This document shows positions 37,500 to 51,800 of a DNA stretch of 64,000 nucleotides, in pieces. The DNA is taken from contig QPGO01000069.1 of assembly GCA_008632985.1 (NCBI GenBank), positions 124,001-188,000 of the forward strand, in the 5' to 3' direction. This DNA comes from Psammoneis japonica. Its lineage: Eukaryota. The notes under the pieces were generated by a model. It saw nothing but the letters and a program-made list of their open reading frames with translations, was not told the DNA's origin and made no database searches. The position numbers and the translations under genes were made by a program. Position 1 is the first letter of the stretch; every line of letters starts with the position of its first letter.

Positions 37500-40300
37500 A
37501 GCACTGCATCAAAATGGATGACACAAAAAATGGTCAAGAGCTCAACATGCAAAGAAACCACACAGGGCAATGATGTCTCCACAAAGTCTCCAACAGCAGC
37601 AGGGCACATGTGCTGATTTGTCACAAAGTCTTCAACAAAAAAGTCAATGGCAGATTCCAACAAATCTTGCTGATCAATCCAGTCTTGAGCCAAAGAGCAA
37701 TTCTGTCAATCAACAAAAGGGACACCCTGGTGAGTCATGATGTTGCTGAATCTCATCCAGCAAAATGGGACCGGATGGAAATTCACCATGGTGCATGATG
37801 TGGCAAAAAAGGAGCAGTGAAGCAGCCCACTGGACAAAACAGCAGCGCCTCTGCAACATTTTGATTTGCCCCTGAAAAACACATTGGACAAAGAAAATGT
37901 GTCACAAAAGCACTCAACATCAGAAGAGTGTGGGTGCATGAAAGGCAAGCATTGTGGAACTCTCAAATCTTGGTTGCCATGTGGGACATCCTGGCACAAT
38001 CTTGAGTGCTCAACAGCCTTGTGTGCTTCCTCTGTGCTGTGTTGATCCCTCCCCTGTCCAGGAAATGTGGGGTCATTGTGTCAGCAATGGTTGACAGGTT
38101 GGGAGCACCATGAAAAGTGAAACACAACACACCGGTGGTCTGGACAGAGGAGGGAAGAGGTTGTGTGACAGAAAGCAACAATGCTTGGTGGCCCTCTTTT
38201 TCAGGCACCTCACTTCTGCTAATCTTGTTTGGACAAAAGAAGGAATGATGGCAGCAGTGCATGTCTGAAATCAACAGTGTGTGACTTGACAACCAATGGA
38301 GCCATGGCGGCATCCACAAGCATCAAGTGATGGCATCACAGAGGCAGCAAGCATTTCATGGGTGACCTTGGCAACATGGTGCAATCCATCCAATGAATGA
38401 ACATGACCACCATTGCACTGGAAAACAGAGTTGCCATTGACAAACAACTTTGAGGTCAGGAGCATGCTGGTGGTTTTGCTAAAATCTGCAGAGACAAAGC
38501 CAGGGAATTGGCGCCAATCACTGCAGATGGCTTGCTCATGGGTGCCACAACAGATGTGGCAGACCTGACATCCAGCAAAGTGGCACTCACAGAATCAACC
38601 CAAGTGTCCACAACAAATGCTTCCTCAACTTGAGATGCACCAACAGCGGCTGGCATTGTAGCTGCTTGCAGCAGATGCAAGGGCCAAGGCCAATTTGGAT
38701 GCTGCAGACCTGGCAGAGCTCAAAGAAGATGCCACAGTTGAGGCAGAAAGCAAAGAAGCTTCAATGCATCCCTTGCAGGAACCAGCAGGTGAAGCATCCT
38801 GCTTGTGCCAATCCTTCTCATGAGGGAGGTTGTCCATGCCCTCAAAGAAGCAAGTGCACATGTTTGACAATCTTGATCCAAGAGGTCACAACATGTTGCC
38901 TTGGGACACTCTTGTTGACATCAGATGAACAACCACCAAGGAAAATGCCCTCCATGATGGAGTTGGGGTGCAACTTGGAGCAAAGCAACAGCAGCTGGGT
39001 TCTTGGACCCAAACACAACAACCAATTTCAATCTTCCCAGTGGCCCTTGGCAACAGGAGCTGCATCTTGATCCACAGACGTGACAGATGTGGCAGAGAAA
39101 ATCTGGAAGACAAGCTGGCAGCCACAGTGAGCAATGCAGGCCCCAACAAGGAACCACACATTGCCATGACAAGATTGTGAATGCTGTCCAAGGTGGGAGG
39201 TGCACTTGTCATTGGAGGGAGGCACAAGAGCTTGGCCATGCACATGTGGCACATGCTTGGATGCAACTTGCATGACAGCACCTCCAGGATGCATGCTTGC
39301 ACCTGCATTGAGCAGTGCAGTTGCTGAAAAGAAATTGTGCAGGGCCTTGAGGGATCATCTGCAACAATGAACAAGAGATTTGCAGCTGTTGTTGGAGGAG
39401 GTGGAGACTCTTGTTCAGGTCAACACTTGGATCCAACACACATGGGAGTGCCTCCACAATGCCTGACAGTTGTTGAACATGGCTGTGCAGCCCTCAATGC
39501 ATTGCCACATGAAGCCATGACAAAACAGTTCATGCAAGTCAATGATGGATGCATGTTTGGAGAGAGAAAACTCTTTCCAATCCATTCATTTGCACCTCAT
39601 GCCAGGGTCAAAGTGCAAATGCAAAGCCCCAACCCAAATGGTTGCTGTTGTTTTTTTGTGTCTCAAGGGTTTCTTGATTGCCACCTGAAGACACTTGGGA
39701 TTGAGACAAGTTGTGTGGGAGGCTCCTGGCATCTCTGCTCTTAGATCAGCTTGTCAATTGTCAAAGCAACAGAAAACACACCTGTGAGGTCCTTTGCATT
39801 GAGCAGAATGCCTTGGTGGATGATGCAACCTTGAAAGAGCTGAGAAAATCAGCCTTGGGCTTGTTGTGGTTTGGGGTTGGAATCATAAAAAAAGATCCAG
39901 ATCATGCATCATGTCTGAGCAAAGCTTGTTCAGTTGCCTGCAATGTGGACGCACAAGGAGACACATGTGTTCTTGAAATTTGCAGCAAATTGTGGCAAGA
40001 GCAATGATGGGGCCATCTTTGTTGTCTCGAGGTGCCATGGTGTTGCTTTCCAAAATGTTTTTGTCCATGCACACACAGAAACCTGGTGCTGCTCTGCAGG
40101 CCAGAAAAATGTCAGGCAATCATGAAAAAATCCTTTTGGGAACAAAAAATGATCTGCCTTGATCAGACAACAAAATGATGGAGTCAAAACAGAAAGTGTG
40201 GCACAGAGATCAGTGACACACACCCAGTGCAAGGCCATGACCTAACAGAATGCTGAAGGGCAAAGAGGACAGCCAGTGATTTGGCAGACTCTCTGATCAC
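37500..40300 (-). mobile_element. Second decayed copy of the unidentified repeat at ~9.7-12.1 kb; boundaries approximate
   Basis: Reverse-complement similarity clear at 37.8-38.7 kb versus 11.1-12.0 kb; weaker elsewhere. Confidence 0.5.
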
Positions 40301-41224
40301 TGGGCCTGTGATGACATGAGTGCCAACAGAAGAAGAGAATGAGTGAAGCAGATCTCTCACTCAGCATGCTGACAGGAACGTGTGTGGGTGCCATGGAAAA
40401 ATGACTTTTTGCAGCAAATTGTGGAGCCTTTGGTCCCATTCAAAGTTTTTCATTGTGCACTGGTGTTGTCTTCCAAGCTGTGCAGCATGCATCACTTCAA
40501 GAGTGGCTGTGTGAACTAAATGTCCAATTTTTTGGGAAAAACCCGGACATTTCGCACCAAATGCCAAATGCGCGCATTTGCAAAAATGAAATTTCAACAA
40601 TGGGCAATCAATGGGTTTGACTTTGTTGGTTTGTGAGACATCATGGAATGCATGGATGATGGTTGTCAACATGCCTGATGTTCAGCTTCTTGTCAACTGC
40701 AGATGTGTCTGCAGCACCAGTTGTTGGCATTTCCTGGAAAGTCATGGCTGCGGCAATCTTTCACAAGTGGCACAATTTTGGCAAAAGTTGGTGGCAATGT
40801 CAACCTGGCAACAGGGCATGGGCCAACAAGTGGTGCTTGAAACTTGGAACATGCAGCTCTTACAGCAGTCTAACAGCCCTGATGAGCAGGGTGTGTCAGT
40901 GCTGCCCAAAAAGTCACAGTCAAATGAACAGACTTTTTGCTGACTTTGACCACAAAGAGCCCCGACAAACAGTCAAAAGTCAGGTGGTCAGTGGAAGATG
41001 ACTGCAAGTCAATTGACAGCCACAGTCAGTCATTTTTCATGGTGTTTGGTTGGCAAACTGGCTGACATGCATCACTTGTCATGGTTGTCTGCAACTTGTT
41101 TCCACTCTTGACAAGAAGAAATCTGAGCAACAATTGCACAACTTCCACAGGTGTGGCAATTGTGCAAAAATTGACCCAGGTCATTGTTGTTGGTCAACTC
41201 TCTCCCTTGTTGTGGACAAAGCTC

Positions 41225-42480
41225 TCTGACTGCAATTGCTGGGTTGGTTGGTGCACTCATGGTGTTCTTTCACTGTGGAGTTGGGGGGTGTTCAAGTTTC
41301 ACACTTGGTGAGGTGTGAAGTCATGTGCAGCAACAACTGCACCAGGGTTGCCTTGCAATGCTCAACCACAGCTCCCAAAGCACCATCTGGGATCAACCAA
41401 ACACCTCCAATGCCCTTGGACTGCAGGTGCTGGGTTGGTTGGTGCACTCATGGTGTCCTTTCAGTGTGGTGTTGGGGTGTTCAAGTTTCGCCCTTGGTTG
41501 TGTGACGTGACTGGGGGCAACTCAACCGCAGTTCCCAAAGTGTTGCCTGGGGTCCTCCAAAGACCCTCACAGCACTGTGGCTGTTGTTGTTGGGTTGGTT
41601 GGTGTGCTTGTGGTGCCTTTTCAGTGTGGAGTTGGGGCACTCAAGTCGTCTCGTCATTCTTGCACAAGGACAAAGTGACACGGGGCTACAGCTGAGCCAG
41701 GGTGGCCTTGAAACTCTCAACCACAGTTCTTAAAGTGCCACCTGGGGTCCACCAATGACCCTCTGACTGCAATTGTTGGGTTGGTTGGTGTGCTCTTGGT
41801 GTCCTTTTGCTGTGAAGTTGGGGCGTTCAAGTCTCGCGCTTGGTGTGGTGGTGTGAAGAGACATGGGGCAACAACTGCACCAGGGTGGCCTTGCAACTGT
41901 CAACCACAGTTCTTAAAGTGAAGCCTGGGGTCCACCAAAGATCCCTGATGTGCTCTTGCTGCAGTGGGTTGGTTGGTGTGCTCTTGGTGTCCTTTCACTG
42001 TGGAGTTGGGGTGCTCAAGTCTCACCCTTGGTGTGATGTGAAGTGACCGGTTGCAGCAACTGTGCCAGGGCAGCCTTGCAACTCTCAGCCAGAGTTCTGG
42101 AAGCATTGTTGGAGGTCCACAAAAGACACCCAGTGTCCTCCAACTGCAGTTGTTGGGTTGGTTGGTGCCATCATGGTGCCCTTTCAGTGTGAAGTTGTGG
42201 CATTCAAGCCCCGTCATTCTTGCACAGATGAAGTGACATGGGGCCACAGCTGAGCCAGGGCAACCTTGCAACTCTCAACCACAGTTCTTCAAGTGCCACC
42301 TTGGGTCCACAAAAGACCCCCAGTGCCCTCTGACTGCAGTTGTTGGGTTGGCTGGTGTGTGCTCTTGGTGCCCTTTCACTGCAGAGTTGGGGTGTTCATG
42401 TCTCACCCTTGGTGAAGCAAAGTGACTGGCTGGGTTCAATGACTGTGCCAGAGTGACCTTGCAACTGACACAACTTTGAC
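41225..42480. repeat. Tandem array of ~7 diverged units, ~188 bp each
   Basis: Motif tgggttggttggtg..ctc(a/t)tggtgtcc..ttcactgtggagttgggg recurs at about 41240, 41431, 41591, 41777, 41965, 42154, 42344. Confidence 0.9.
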
Positions 42481-45400
42481 ATGTCCTGCACTCTGTCAAG
42501 TTTGCATTCTGGGATTTGCAGAAGTGTCAGAGCAGACTGACAACAGAAAAACTGAAACTCAATGAGAATGCTCACACCTCACCTTGTTCTACATCAGCCA
42601 TGGGCTCTCAGAGCTTGAGACACAACATTAAAGATGGCATGGTTTCACCACTGCCCAACAGTTTTCAAACAAAGAAATGACATTTCCAAGCAACCAAGAC
42701 ACAGCAAAGATGATGAGCAACTCTGAAACACAGGTCAGCAGAGCAACCAAGAAAAAAGAACAAATGACAATGAACATTGTTGCTCCAGGCAGAACAAGGA
42801 TGTCCAAATGGCCAAAGAACCCACCTGCTCACAAACCAGTCTGTTTGATCAAAAATCCAAGGGAGCCATCAGCATGGGCAGCCACCCTGCCACATTGGTT
42901 GCCCTTTGTCAGAGAAGGGCCAGCACTGGAGAAGCCAGAAACACCAACAGACTGCCAGTTGCTGCCCCTGGTGGAGACAACTCCACAACAACAAACAAAT
43001 CCATGCAGCTTGCAGTGCTGCATTGGCCCTCAATCTTGTCCACCCAGCCAACTCAAACCAACCACAGGTGAGCCATGTCACAGGTGGCATTGGCAAAGCA
43101 CCAGCCACAATTGCTTCCTTGGTCTTCTTCATTGCCAAAACTGTGAAGGCATTTTCAAAGCCCCAACACTTCAAAAGCATGCACCGGCCTTTGCCATTTG
43201 TGGCAATGTTGCTCTAACCAACCCCAGCTCCACCTGCCTGGGTGACCTCCTTGCCATTGAAGATGCTCTGACAGTGGTGGAACATGCCCACTTTGCCACT
43301 GCCCAGCACAAGCTTTGCAACAACACCAACAGCTTCCAGCTGGTTGCTCCAGCCTGGACAGAGCTGAGGAAGTCACAAGGCATTTTAGCTGCTGCAGAAG
43401 AGGGCCCCTCCTCTGGCAGCTCTGCCTGCAACCCAACCGCTGGTGAAGATGATGAGGTTTCCAACAACTCTGTCATGATGACAAGCTTGCCTGCAGCATG
43501 AGCCACTCCTCCTCCAACTGCACCAAACCCAAGTGGAGCTGACCGACTGCCTTTGAATCTTCCACCACTGTCACAGCTTCTTCCAAATGCAAGCACTGAC
43601 GTGCCTTTTGTCAACTTGTCCGTGTTGTTCATTCTCCATGTTGCACCCTCCCAGTTGCCCCAGCTGCCATGAGGGCCTCTTCTCAAACTCCTTGCTGCAA
43701 GTGTTGGGTCCACTGTGCAGCAATTGCATGCAGCCAACTTTCCATTTGCCACACCCAAAGAAATTTCACACAAAAGCTTCCACAGTGGCAGCTGCACGCA
43801 TTTTTCATCATCTCTCTCCTGCAACCTCTTTTGCCCTTGCACTGGACTCACATTGCACAATCCCATGCACCCACCCATCTTTCTACCTCTCACACAGGCA
43901 ACCACCAGCTCAGCAATCTTGATGCTGCAAAGCTGCAAATTGCACCCACCCACACCACACATGCCACAAAGCTGTCAGAGCCACCCTTCCATCTGCAGCT
44001 GCTGACCAGCCACACCAGCACAGCATGGGTGCAACCCCAGCTGCCATGACATCAGCCTTGCCTCCAGCCTGCCTCACTCTGCCCCTGCTGTTTCCATCTG
44101 TTTTGGGCCCATGGTCAGCATCCCCCCCCAAGGGCTTGTTCTTTGGCTTTGTTCTTTGTCAACAGCGTGGGTGACAGGGAGAAGAGCATGGCCACTGCCC
44201 TGGCTTGTTTGGCTGCTCATCACAGCACCAGGCAAAAATTTTCTCAACAAGGTTTGGTGACAGCTCAACTTGGCAATTGGTGCCCAACATGTGAAGAAGT
44301 TGTTTGTCACAAAAGCATCACATGGTTTGCACAGCATGTTGCTGCAATCTGCAAGCTCCTCCACAGTGTTGGCAATCTTGTTGCCAACAGCTGTGATTTG
44401 CCACCACCAGGACAAGACTGTTTCTGCCAGAATTGCAAAAGAATGAGCTGAGTTGAGCAAATGATGAGTTGAGGTCAATGCTGGCATTCATTTGCAATGA
44501 AGTGGGGCAGGTTTAGAGAGCAAACGACAATGCAGGTGCAGTGCAGCAGAACAACCACTTGACTGACTCTGTGTGGCAGGGCATGTGCTGGCAATTCAAG
44601 CTGGCATTTGAGGGAGCAGCAATGATCTGAGATGTGCACACCAACATGGTCATGCAAGAAATTCTCTCCATCTGGGTTCAGCTGCATGTCAAAGCAGATC
44701 TTTGCGGTGTTGTGAGCAATCACTTTGTGCCTGCATGGACAAAAAATGTGCTCCTCCCAATTTTGATGGGCATTTTTGTGCCAGCAAGTGAAGATGTGAG
44801 GTGCCAATCTGCTCCCATGTGAGTTGTGCTGTTGTCCTGAAAGAAAACAAAGCCTGTGGTTGCAAGTGCTGCTGCCTTCTTGGCCTGCCCCAGTCTCCAA
44901 GTCAACCCGCCCCAGTCTCCAAGTCAACCCCCACACCCTCAGTGTGCCAAAGTGCAGCAAGAACAGGCAGGGCCAGACAATGTTGGGAGAAGAGAGAAAA
45001 AAGGGGGCATGGTTTTGGGCTTGTGTGTGTGAGCCAGATGACACTGTTCTTCTTGTGATGAAATGCACACCTTTGTGATTTTTGGAGACATGCACTCTCC
45101 ACCATGATTGTGCACCATCATCAAAGTGCTCAATGTTTGCCAAAAGCCCAGCCACTTTGCAGCTCACAGCACCTCATTGAAAGGAGCTGAGACCATGGTG
45201 GATGATGATGGCACAGCAGCAGAGTGCAGTGTTGGCAGTGGCAGCTGCAGAGCAAGATCGCTGACAAAGCCAAGTCCAGCATTTTTTGTCTGGGGGCTCT
45301 CCAGTTTGTTGCTGCACCCCCCCCCCCCCCCCTCCAAGCCTGGCTGCAGTGCCCCCACCCAAAGGGAGTTGCAAAATGCCTGCTCAGTTTTCATGGAGAA

Positions 45401-45857
45401 TGTGCTTCATTTTTTTTGCTGATGACAAATGATGGAAAAACTGACAGAGTTCCAAGCCACCGCCACACTCTGATCTAAGAAACATTTGGAGGCAAAACTG
45501 CAATGCCCCCAACTGCCTGTGTGCATTTCCATCCTGACAGCGCAGCTCAGATGACATGATGGAGTCAAGTCAAGAATGCATTTCACAATGTGCGCGTGGA
45601 CGCTGATGGCAATGTGGTTCACCAAATGCATGAAGCAAGGTCTTGCTTTTTTTCCGTCTGCCCATGCCGTGTGTCTTTGCTTCTGCCGGTGCCCCCACAG
45701 CGCGGAGTCTCAAAAATGACCTGGTGTCACACAAAGATCATCTTGAATCTTCTCACCAATTCAGTTCAATTCTTAAAAATTACACAGCCAATTAGTGGCT
45801 GCTGCCTGGGGCTTAGATTCGCCTGAGAGTCCTTTCAATCCACAACTGTGGATGGGT

Positions 45858-48800
45858 TCAGAGCGTCGATGCACAACAAAACATGTGCAACACCGCATTT
45901 GCAGTTGTGGGCGGCAATCGGCAACTCAGCTCCGTGGAGCCTGGGAGGTTGTCGATGAAGATGCAGAAGCATGTCGTTGTTTTCGCACCCGGACTGCTTC
46001 GATCCAGTTGCGCTTGAAGTCTGTGGTTTCTGCCTGGACTTCCTCCATGGATTGGGTGAACCACCTTGTGAGGTGGGGGGGAGGTGTTGGTTGAATTAAA
46101 GCAGGAGGCAAATTCCGCCTTGATCTTGTCATCCAGAAGGCTGTTGATTCTGATTTGTGTTGCCGAGTTGTCATGAGCAGTGGCGTGCATGCGTTGTTGC
46201 CACATGTCCCAAGAGACTTTCCACAACTGTTGAATCACTCCTGAGAGCCAGCGAAGGCCGGTGTTCTTCCTGTCTAAAAATTTGCAATGTGCCTGTTGAG
46301 CTGCAGCCCAGTCTTCGGCCATGAAGCCACGAGAGAGAGCCTGGCCGCCCAGTGCATCCTGGGCGAACAATGCCATGTCCGCAAGCTCGTTGTCCGTGAA
46401 CCTTGGTCCTTGTGGCAATTCATCATGCCACTCTTGAAGAAGCTGCAGAAGTCCTCGTTTGACGTTGGGTTGCGTGTGATTTTTGTTGAGCCAGTCTTCC
46501 AAGTCACCAAGTCATTCTTGCCATGGTTCAAGTGCTTCGTACGATTTGCAACGGAGTGCGTGGTCGACTCCTTTCTCCGGTTCTCCGCAGCGTGGACATG
46601 CGTCACTTTCGATGCGTCTCCACTCGTGCAGTTTATAATTCGTTCTCACCTGGTCTGCGGACCATTTCGGCTGCCATAGACGGCAAAGGTGGGGCACCGT
46701 TGCATCGCCTTGCCCAAGGCCTTCCAGTCAATCGTGGCATGTCCTGGCTCAGTGCCAAGTTTCTTCTCCCAATGTTGCTCTGCAGGTGGGCCGCAGATGT
46801 GATCCATGATGGTGTCTTTGTCCCACGTTGTGAGAAGCCTGCTGTTCAGCTTGACGTTCCAAATTTGTTGTTCTGTCTGGAATGGAGCGAGGTCGTCATT
46901 GGCCTTGAGAGCTTCCCAGCATGCCTTTGCAAGCAGGTCCATTTCTACATTGAGAACCTCCAGGTGGCCAAGTTCACCAAGGGGCACATGTTGATCTTTG
47001 TGCCCTGTGATTTCAGCCGGAACGACAGCGATCGGAATCAGTTGAATCATTTGTCGAATTGGGTGAATGAGATTGTAGTTGGTCTGTTTCGGGTCGTTGC
47101 AGCTGTTGTGGAAACATGTGGTGATGGCCAAATTGCAATCACAACCCAAGACAATCTGGCCTTGCGTGATTCTGTGTGCTCTGCACATTTGGAGGATGCG
47201 TTCGAGCAGCCCATGGATCCCCCCCAGTTCGCCTCGACATGCCGTGAGATCACTGATGGCGCCCGGCATTTGGTTTGCCCCGCGGCAACGTAATGAATGG
47301 CCTTCTTCCGGCACTAGAATCATGGCTGCTGTGGCAAGATCATCTTTGTAGGACCCGTCTGTAACACCAATGGCTGTGCCTTGACGGATTCCTGTCACGA
47401 GCGCATCGTCTGGCGGTTGAAGGCTGCAGTGAATAAATGCCCACGAATCTGGCATCTCATCCTCTGCAATGATGTCACAGTCGGCAGTGCCAGTTGGGAG
47501 CACTCTGTTCCCCACACGTTGAATCTGAGTTGGTTTGGCGTCTTCGGGAAGCTCAGCAGCGTAGCTCATTAAATGGCAGAGCAGTCGTCTTTTCCTTCTG
47601 CTGTTTGGCGATCTTGAGTGGACTTCGATGCCGTCTTCTCCTGTGCAGAACAACCTGTCGTCATGCTCCGAGAAGCTCCAAGAAGTTGCCGGTTTGCGGG
47701 ACCATTTCCCAAGTCGTCGGCGCAGTTTCAGGTGTTGGTTTCTGCTGATTGCTGGACAGCACGACGCTGGCGCCTCTTGCCACACGTTCCAGCATGTGTT
47801 GGAGGGGTGCCCGGCACGCGGCCATTTACAATGTGATTGGCACTGTGCTTCTCCTTTCCAATGGGCTGGGAGGATTCTGGTTCCGTCGCCGGAGGCGATG
47901 TCCGAGATTGTGGCAGCCTGAATCCACATTCGGCAAATGTTCAGTTTCCTGAGTTTTTCACCTTTGTAGCTGTGGCTTGCAAAGATGCTCACAAGGAACG
48001 CATCTCCTGCACGGTGTGGTGCGAGTGGCGTTGTTGGCGAGAGCAATTCAGTGTCGCACCTGGAGCAAAATTCCCAAAGCAATTTTATCCAGGATTTTGT
48101 GGCCAGCAGCCCGAATTGTTTGAAGTTCTTAAGGAATGGTTGGCCATCCTGTCCGAGCTCTAGCAAGGTGAGTTCGTAGATGAGCTGCATTTCTCTGTCT
48201 GTCATTGATGGAGAATCCATCTGCTGAAGGAATGCTTCTAGCTTCGCCAACCCTTGTTCCACGTGCAGTTCGGGAATCCCCAGCCCGTTGAACTTCAACG
48301 GAGTGTGAAGAATGTCTTTCGGGAACGTTCTTGGGTGGCCTGGAGCTGGGAGAGCAACGTTGAACAGTGGCATTTCGACTTGTGAGCATTCCTTTTTAGA
48401 CAAGGATGCAGCCGCCAACGGGTGTTCAATTCCTCTCATGATGCCGCCTCGTAGAGAGAGCCACAATTCCGTTCTGTTGAGATGCCCGCTTCAGATCTGA
48501 TCTGCCCATTTGTTGACCTTGTCAGACAGTGCTCGAACCTGAGCCTCTGAATTGCCGTCTAATGCTGACCACACACCTGGGGTCTCCCTTGCTTCTGTTG
48601 CTTCGAGCCTCTTGATGGTGACACGCTTCCCTTCGTGGTCGAGCAGTGACACATCCCCCGGCGTTTCTGCGACAGTTTGGCATCTCCACTTGTCTCTTTC
48701 CCACACAAACAAGGCAAGGGACCAGAAGCTTTTTTCTGGGACCAACGCGCCGCCTGTCGCTCGAATGCCTCCTTCCCAGCAGTCTGTCATGTCCTGCATC

Positions 48801-51800
48801 CCTGTGACAATCGTTTTGTAGGTGGCATCCCCATTGGTGGACATGCAAGGTAGATCCGTGTCGTCCACAAAAGCACAGCAGACACAATGGAAGGTCTTTC
48901 TTGTAATCGGTGTTATCGCACGGATGCCGAAGCCTTCCTTGCGCAGCATTTCAATGATCTGGCTGCTGACTAAAAGCCAGATACCCGGTGCTGCTCCATG
49001 ACCTTGAAAAATCCCTTGAAACAGGATTTCGAGAGCTGTGTGAGGGGTCTCTGAGTCACCGCATGCTGTTCTAATGCAGTGCTGCACTTGTTGAAGGGTG
49101 CCAAGCATCGTGAAGGTTTCGTCCTCGCCTGCGCCATGTTTCCTCATGCAGAGGGAGGCAACAGAATGTGGGATCCTGTCACAACATGATTTGGCATCGG
49201 TGCTGTTGATTGCGCCGGGAGTGTGGAGCATGTGCATCATGTCGTTCGTTAGAACCTTGTTGAGAGCGCAGTGCATTGCTCTGTGCCGTTTCCTGCTGCT
49301 GCATGCTTCCCAAGGAATGGCCTTGTGAGTTTCAGCATGGTTGATGAGATTGCGCATGTAGCACTTGTTGACCTGATTGTGCATTGCATCGAAGAGGACA
49401 ATGATCCGGAGCTTCTTCACGTGCGAAGAGTCACTCTCATTCGGGATCATCACATCGACTGCTTTGGTCCAGCATTTGGGTGCATGACCGTGCTTTGCTG
49501 GGATGGCCGCCATGCAGGAGTCGAATTCCGATGCGACTTCATCTTGCACTCCTGCTTTGTAATCCGCAAAGGAAGGCCAAAGGGACTGCTGGACGTGTGT
49601 GCCCTCATCTTCCTCCATCCGTCCATGTGCTCCTTCGTGCTGCAGTCCAGTTCCAGAGGTGGGATGCGGGTGTCGACTTGTTTCAATTGTTCGATGAACT
49701 TCGCCGCGCAGGCGTCTGCGCCTGCTGGAATCTTGCATGTGCCGTCAAGGACCTGTTTTGCTGCTCTTGTGTCGGACAAGTGCCCAAAGGCATCCACCAG
49801 TGGTTTCTGCATGAATGGAACATTCGATCCTTTGGAGAAGGTTTGGCTAAAACGTTCAGTTCCTTCTCGTCCGCAGACGCGCTCCATGCCGTTCTTGGCA
49901 GAGAAGTCCTTTTCCTGCCCGTCGCGTCCTGTCGCTTGAACTGTTTGCAAGGCCAGCTGTGCTTTCCCTGCAACCTGTTTGATTCGTCTGAATGCTTTGG
50001 TTTGTTGGCAGCTGTGGCTGATGAGTTTCTCTTCGTGCTCTGGAGTTGTGTCATTTTCTTCAGCTCTTTTTGCGCACCGTGTTTTAAATTCATTCTGGCG
50101 GTGTTTGGCAGCGTCCTTTTTTAGCCTGTAGCACCTTTTCATCGCTTGTTTGTGTTCCTGCTGAGTGTGGTTCGAGGCAATGTACAGAGCATCCATTCAA
50201 CCAGCACATTTCATGCGGCAACGCATTGTTGACATGCTGACGCGACGCCTTTGTCGGAGCTTGTAAATTGGGTGCCACAGGTGGATTTCCTTTCTAGCTT
50301 TATTGATTTTGTTGGAAGATTCCACCTCGTTCATGTGCAGCTTGTGGCACTTGGTTTTAGAGTGTTGGCGCAGTTTATGATTTTTTTCGAAGATTTCTTC
50401 GTAGGCTTGTTGTAAGGGCGGTGGGAAATCCTCGGCATTCTCAAGATCAATCGCTCGATGTAACATGCCGTCCTGACGAATCTGGGTTGCTGCTGATTTG
50501 TTGTATTTTTTTGTCACTTTAGGCTCTTTCAGTTGGCCAGCCAGTCTGTCGGGGTTGACATCGGCAAGCTTCGGTGGAGTGCAACCCAGTGCGCTTGACT
50601 TGATGATGTCGATCCAAACAATGCGGTGGTCCGAGGTGCAGTCGAAGTCACCAAAGCCAGACATTCCTGCTCGGCTGACTTCCAGTGAGGGTGAAATAAG
50701 AACGGCATCGATTTGAATTTCCGATTGGTTTTTGTCGCAAGCAGCCACTGGTTCAAGTGTCGGGTGTGCTGTTTCGAGTGCGTCAATCATGTTCAGGGAG
50801 CGCATCCATGATCTAAAGGGGGCTGAGTGAACGTTTTCATTGAAATCCCCTCCTGGGACAATCAGATCGCCTTCCGTCTGCCACTTCTTGATTTCCTTGC
50901 CAAGGTCCAAGAGCAGTGCGTCTCGTGGGCACCGATCATCGCCTTTGGAGCTGAAGTGTGTCTCCTGTTGAGAGTGGACTCTTCCTGGGTTTCCTCCTTC
51001 ACCTTGGACGGGGCGGTGCGTCGACATGATCCTCGCATGAGTGCCTGCTTTACCTCGCAGCCTAACCCATGTCCAGCGGCCTGGCCCTGTTGGATCTGTT
51101 CCTTTGACAGTCAAATGGTGGCTGACATCACGTGTCAAGAGCTGTCCGACGCCTCCATGTTGTCTTTTGTTCTCTGTGGAGCAGTGCTTGTTTGCAGCGA
51201 CAATGGAGCTTCCACCTTTCAGGTTCCTCCATCTGTCTTTCCATTGTTCGTGTTTTGGGATTCTGGAGAAGTTGAGGTTCACTTCGCTGAGCCCCATGAG
51301 ATCAGCTTGATTGTCAGAGATCCACTCGAGAATGCCTTTGTGTTTGTCTGCCCTGCCAAGGTTGACGGGGAGGCATCCCACATTGTGAAAGGTGATCCGG
51401 ATGTTGTTTTTCTTCTTCAGCAGCGTGGAGTCCCCCCACCTCTCATTGGTTTGTCGACTCAGTGTTCCTTGTTTAACGTCCTCCTCAGGCAGGCGTTGAC
51501 GGGCCTGCCGAGGATGGCACAGACTGTTCGTGTCGTCCAGCCTCCGTGGCCATGAGGCTGGTTTCGGCTTGTGCACCACCTTCATCGCTGGGGTGGTGTG
51601 CCACGCCGTTTTCGTTGCACACTTCCTCTGGCTGCTGGCGCAACTCCTCCACTTCAATTGAGAGTTCATCGTTGACTTCAAGGGACTTTTGAAGCTTTGC
51701 ATGGGTGGATTCGGTGGTCTTGATGGACGTGTCATCCCTCTCACACTCGTGGAGTTCTTCCAGGTTCTCGTTGTCGAAGAGAACCGTCTTGTTGGCTTTG

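Noticed and set aside
41225..42480. CRISPR array
   Set aside because: Whole ~188-bp units are homologous with no unique spacers; eukaryotic context and no cas genes.
36300..45700. Classical fungal RIP, or CpG deamination alone
   Set aside because: RIP enriches TpA and lowers GC. CpG decay cannot remove TA or turn Tyr into His/Cys.
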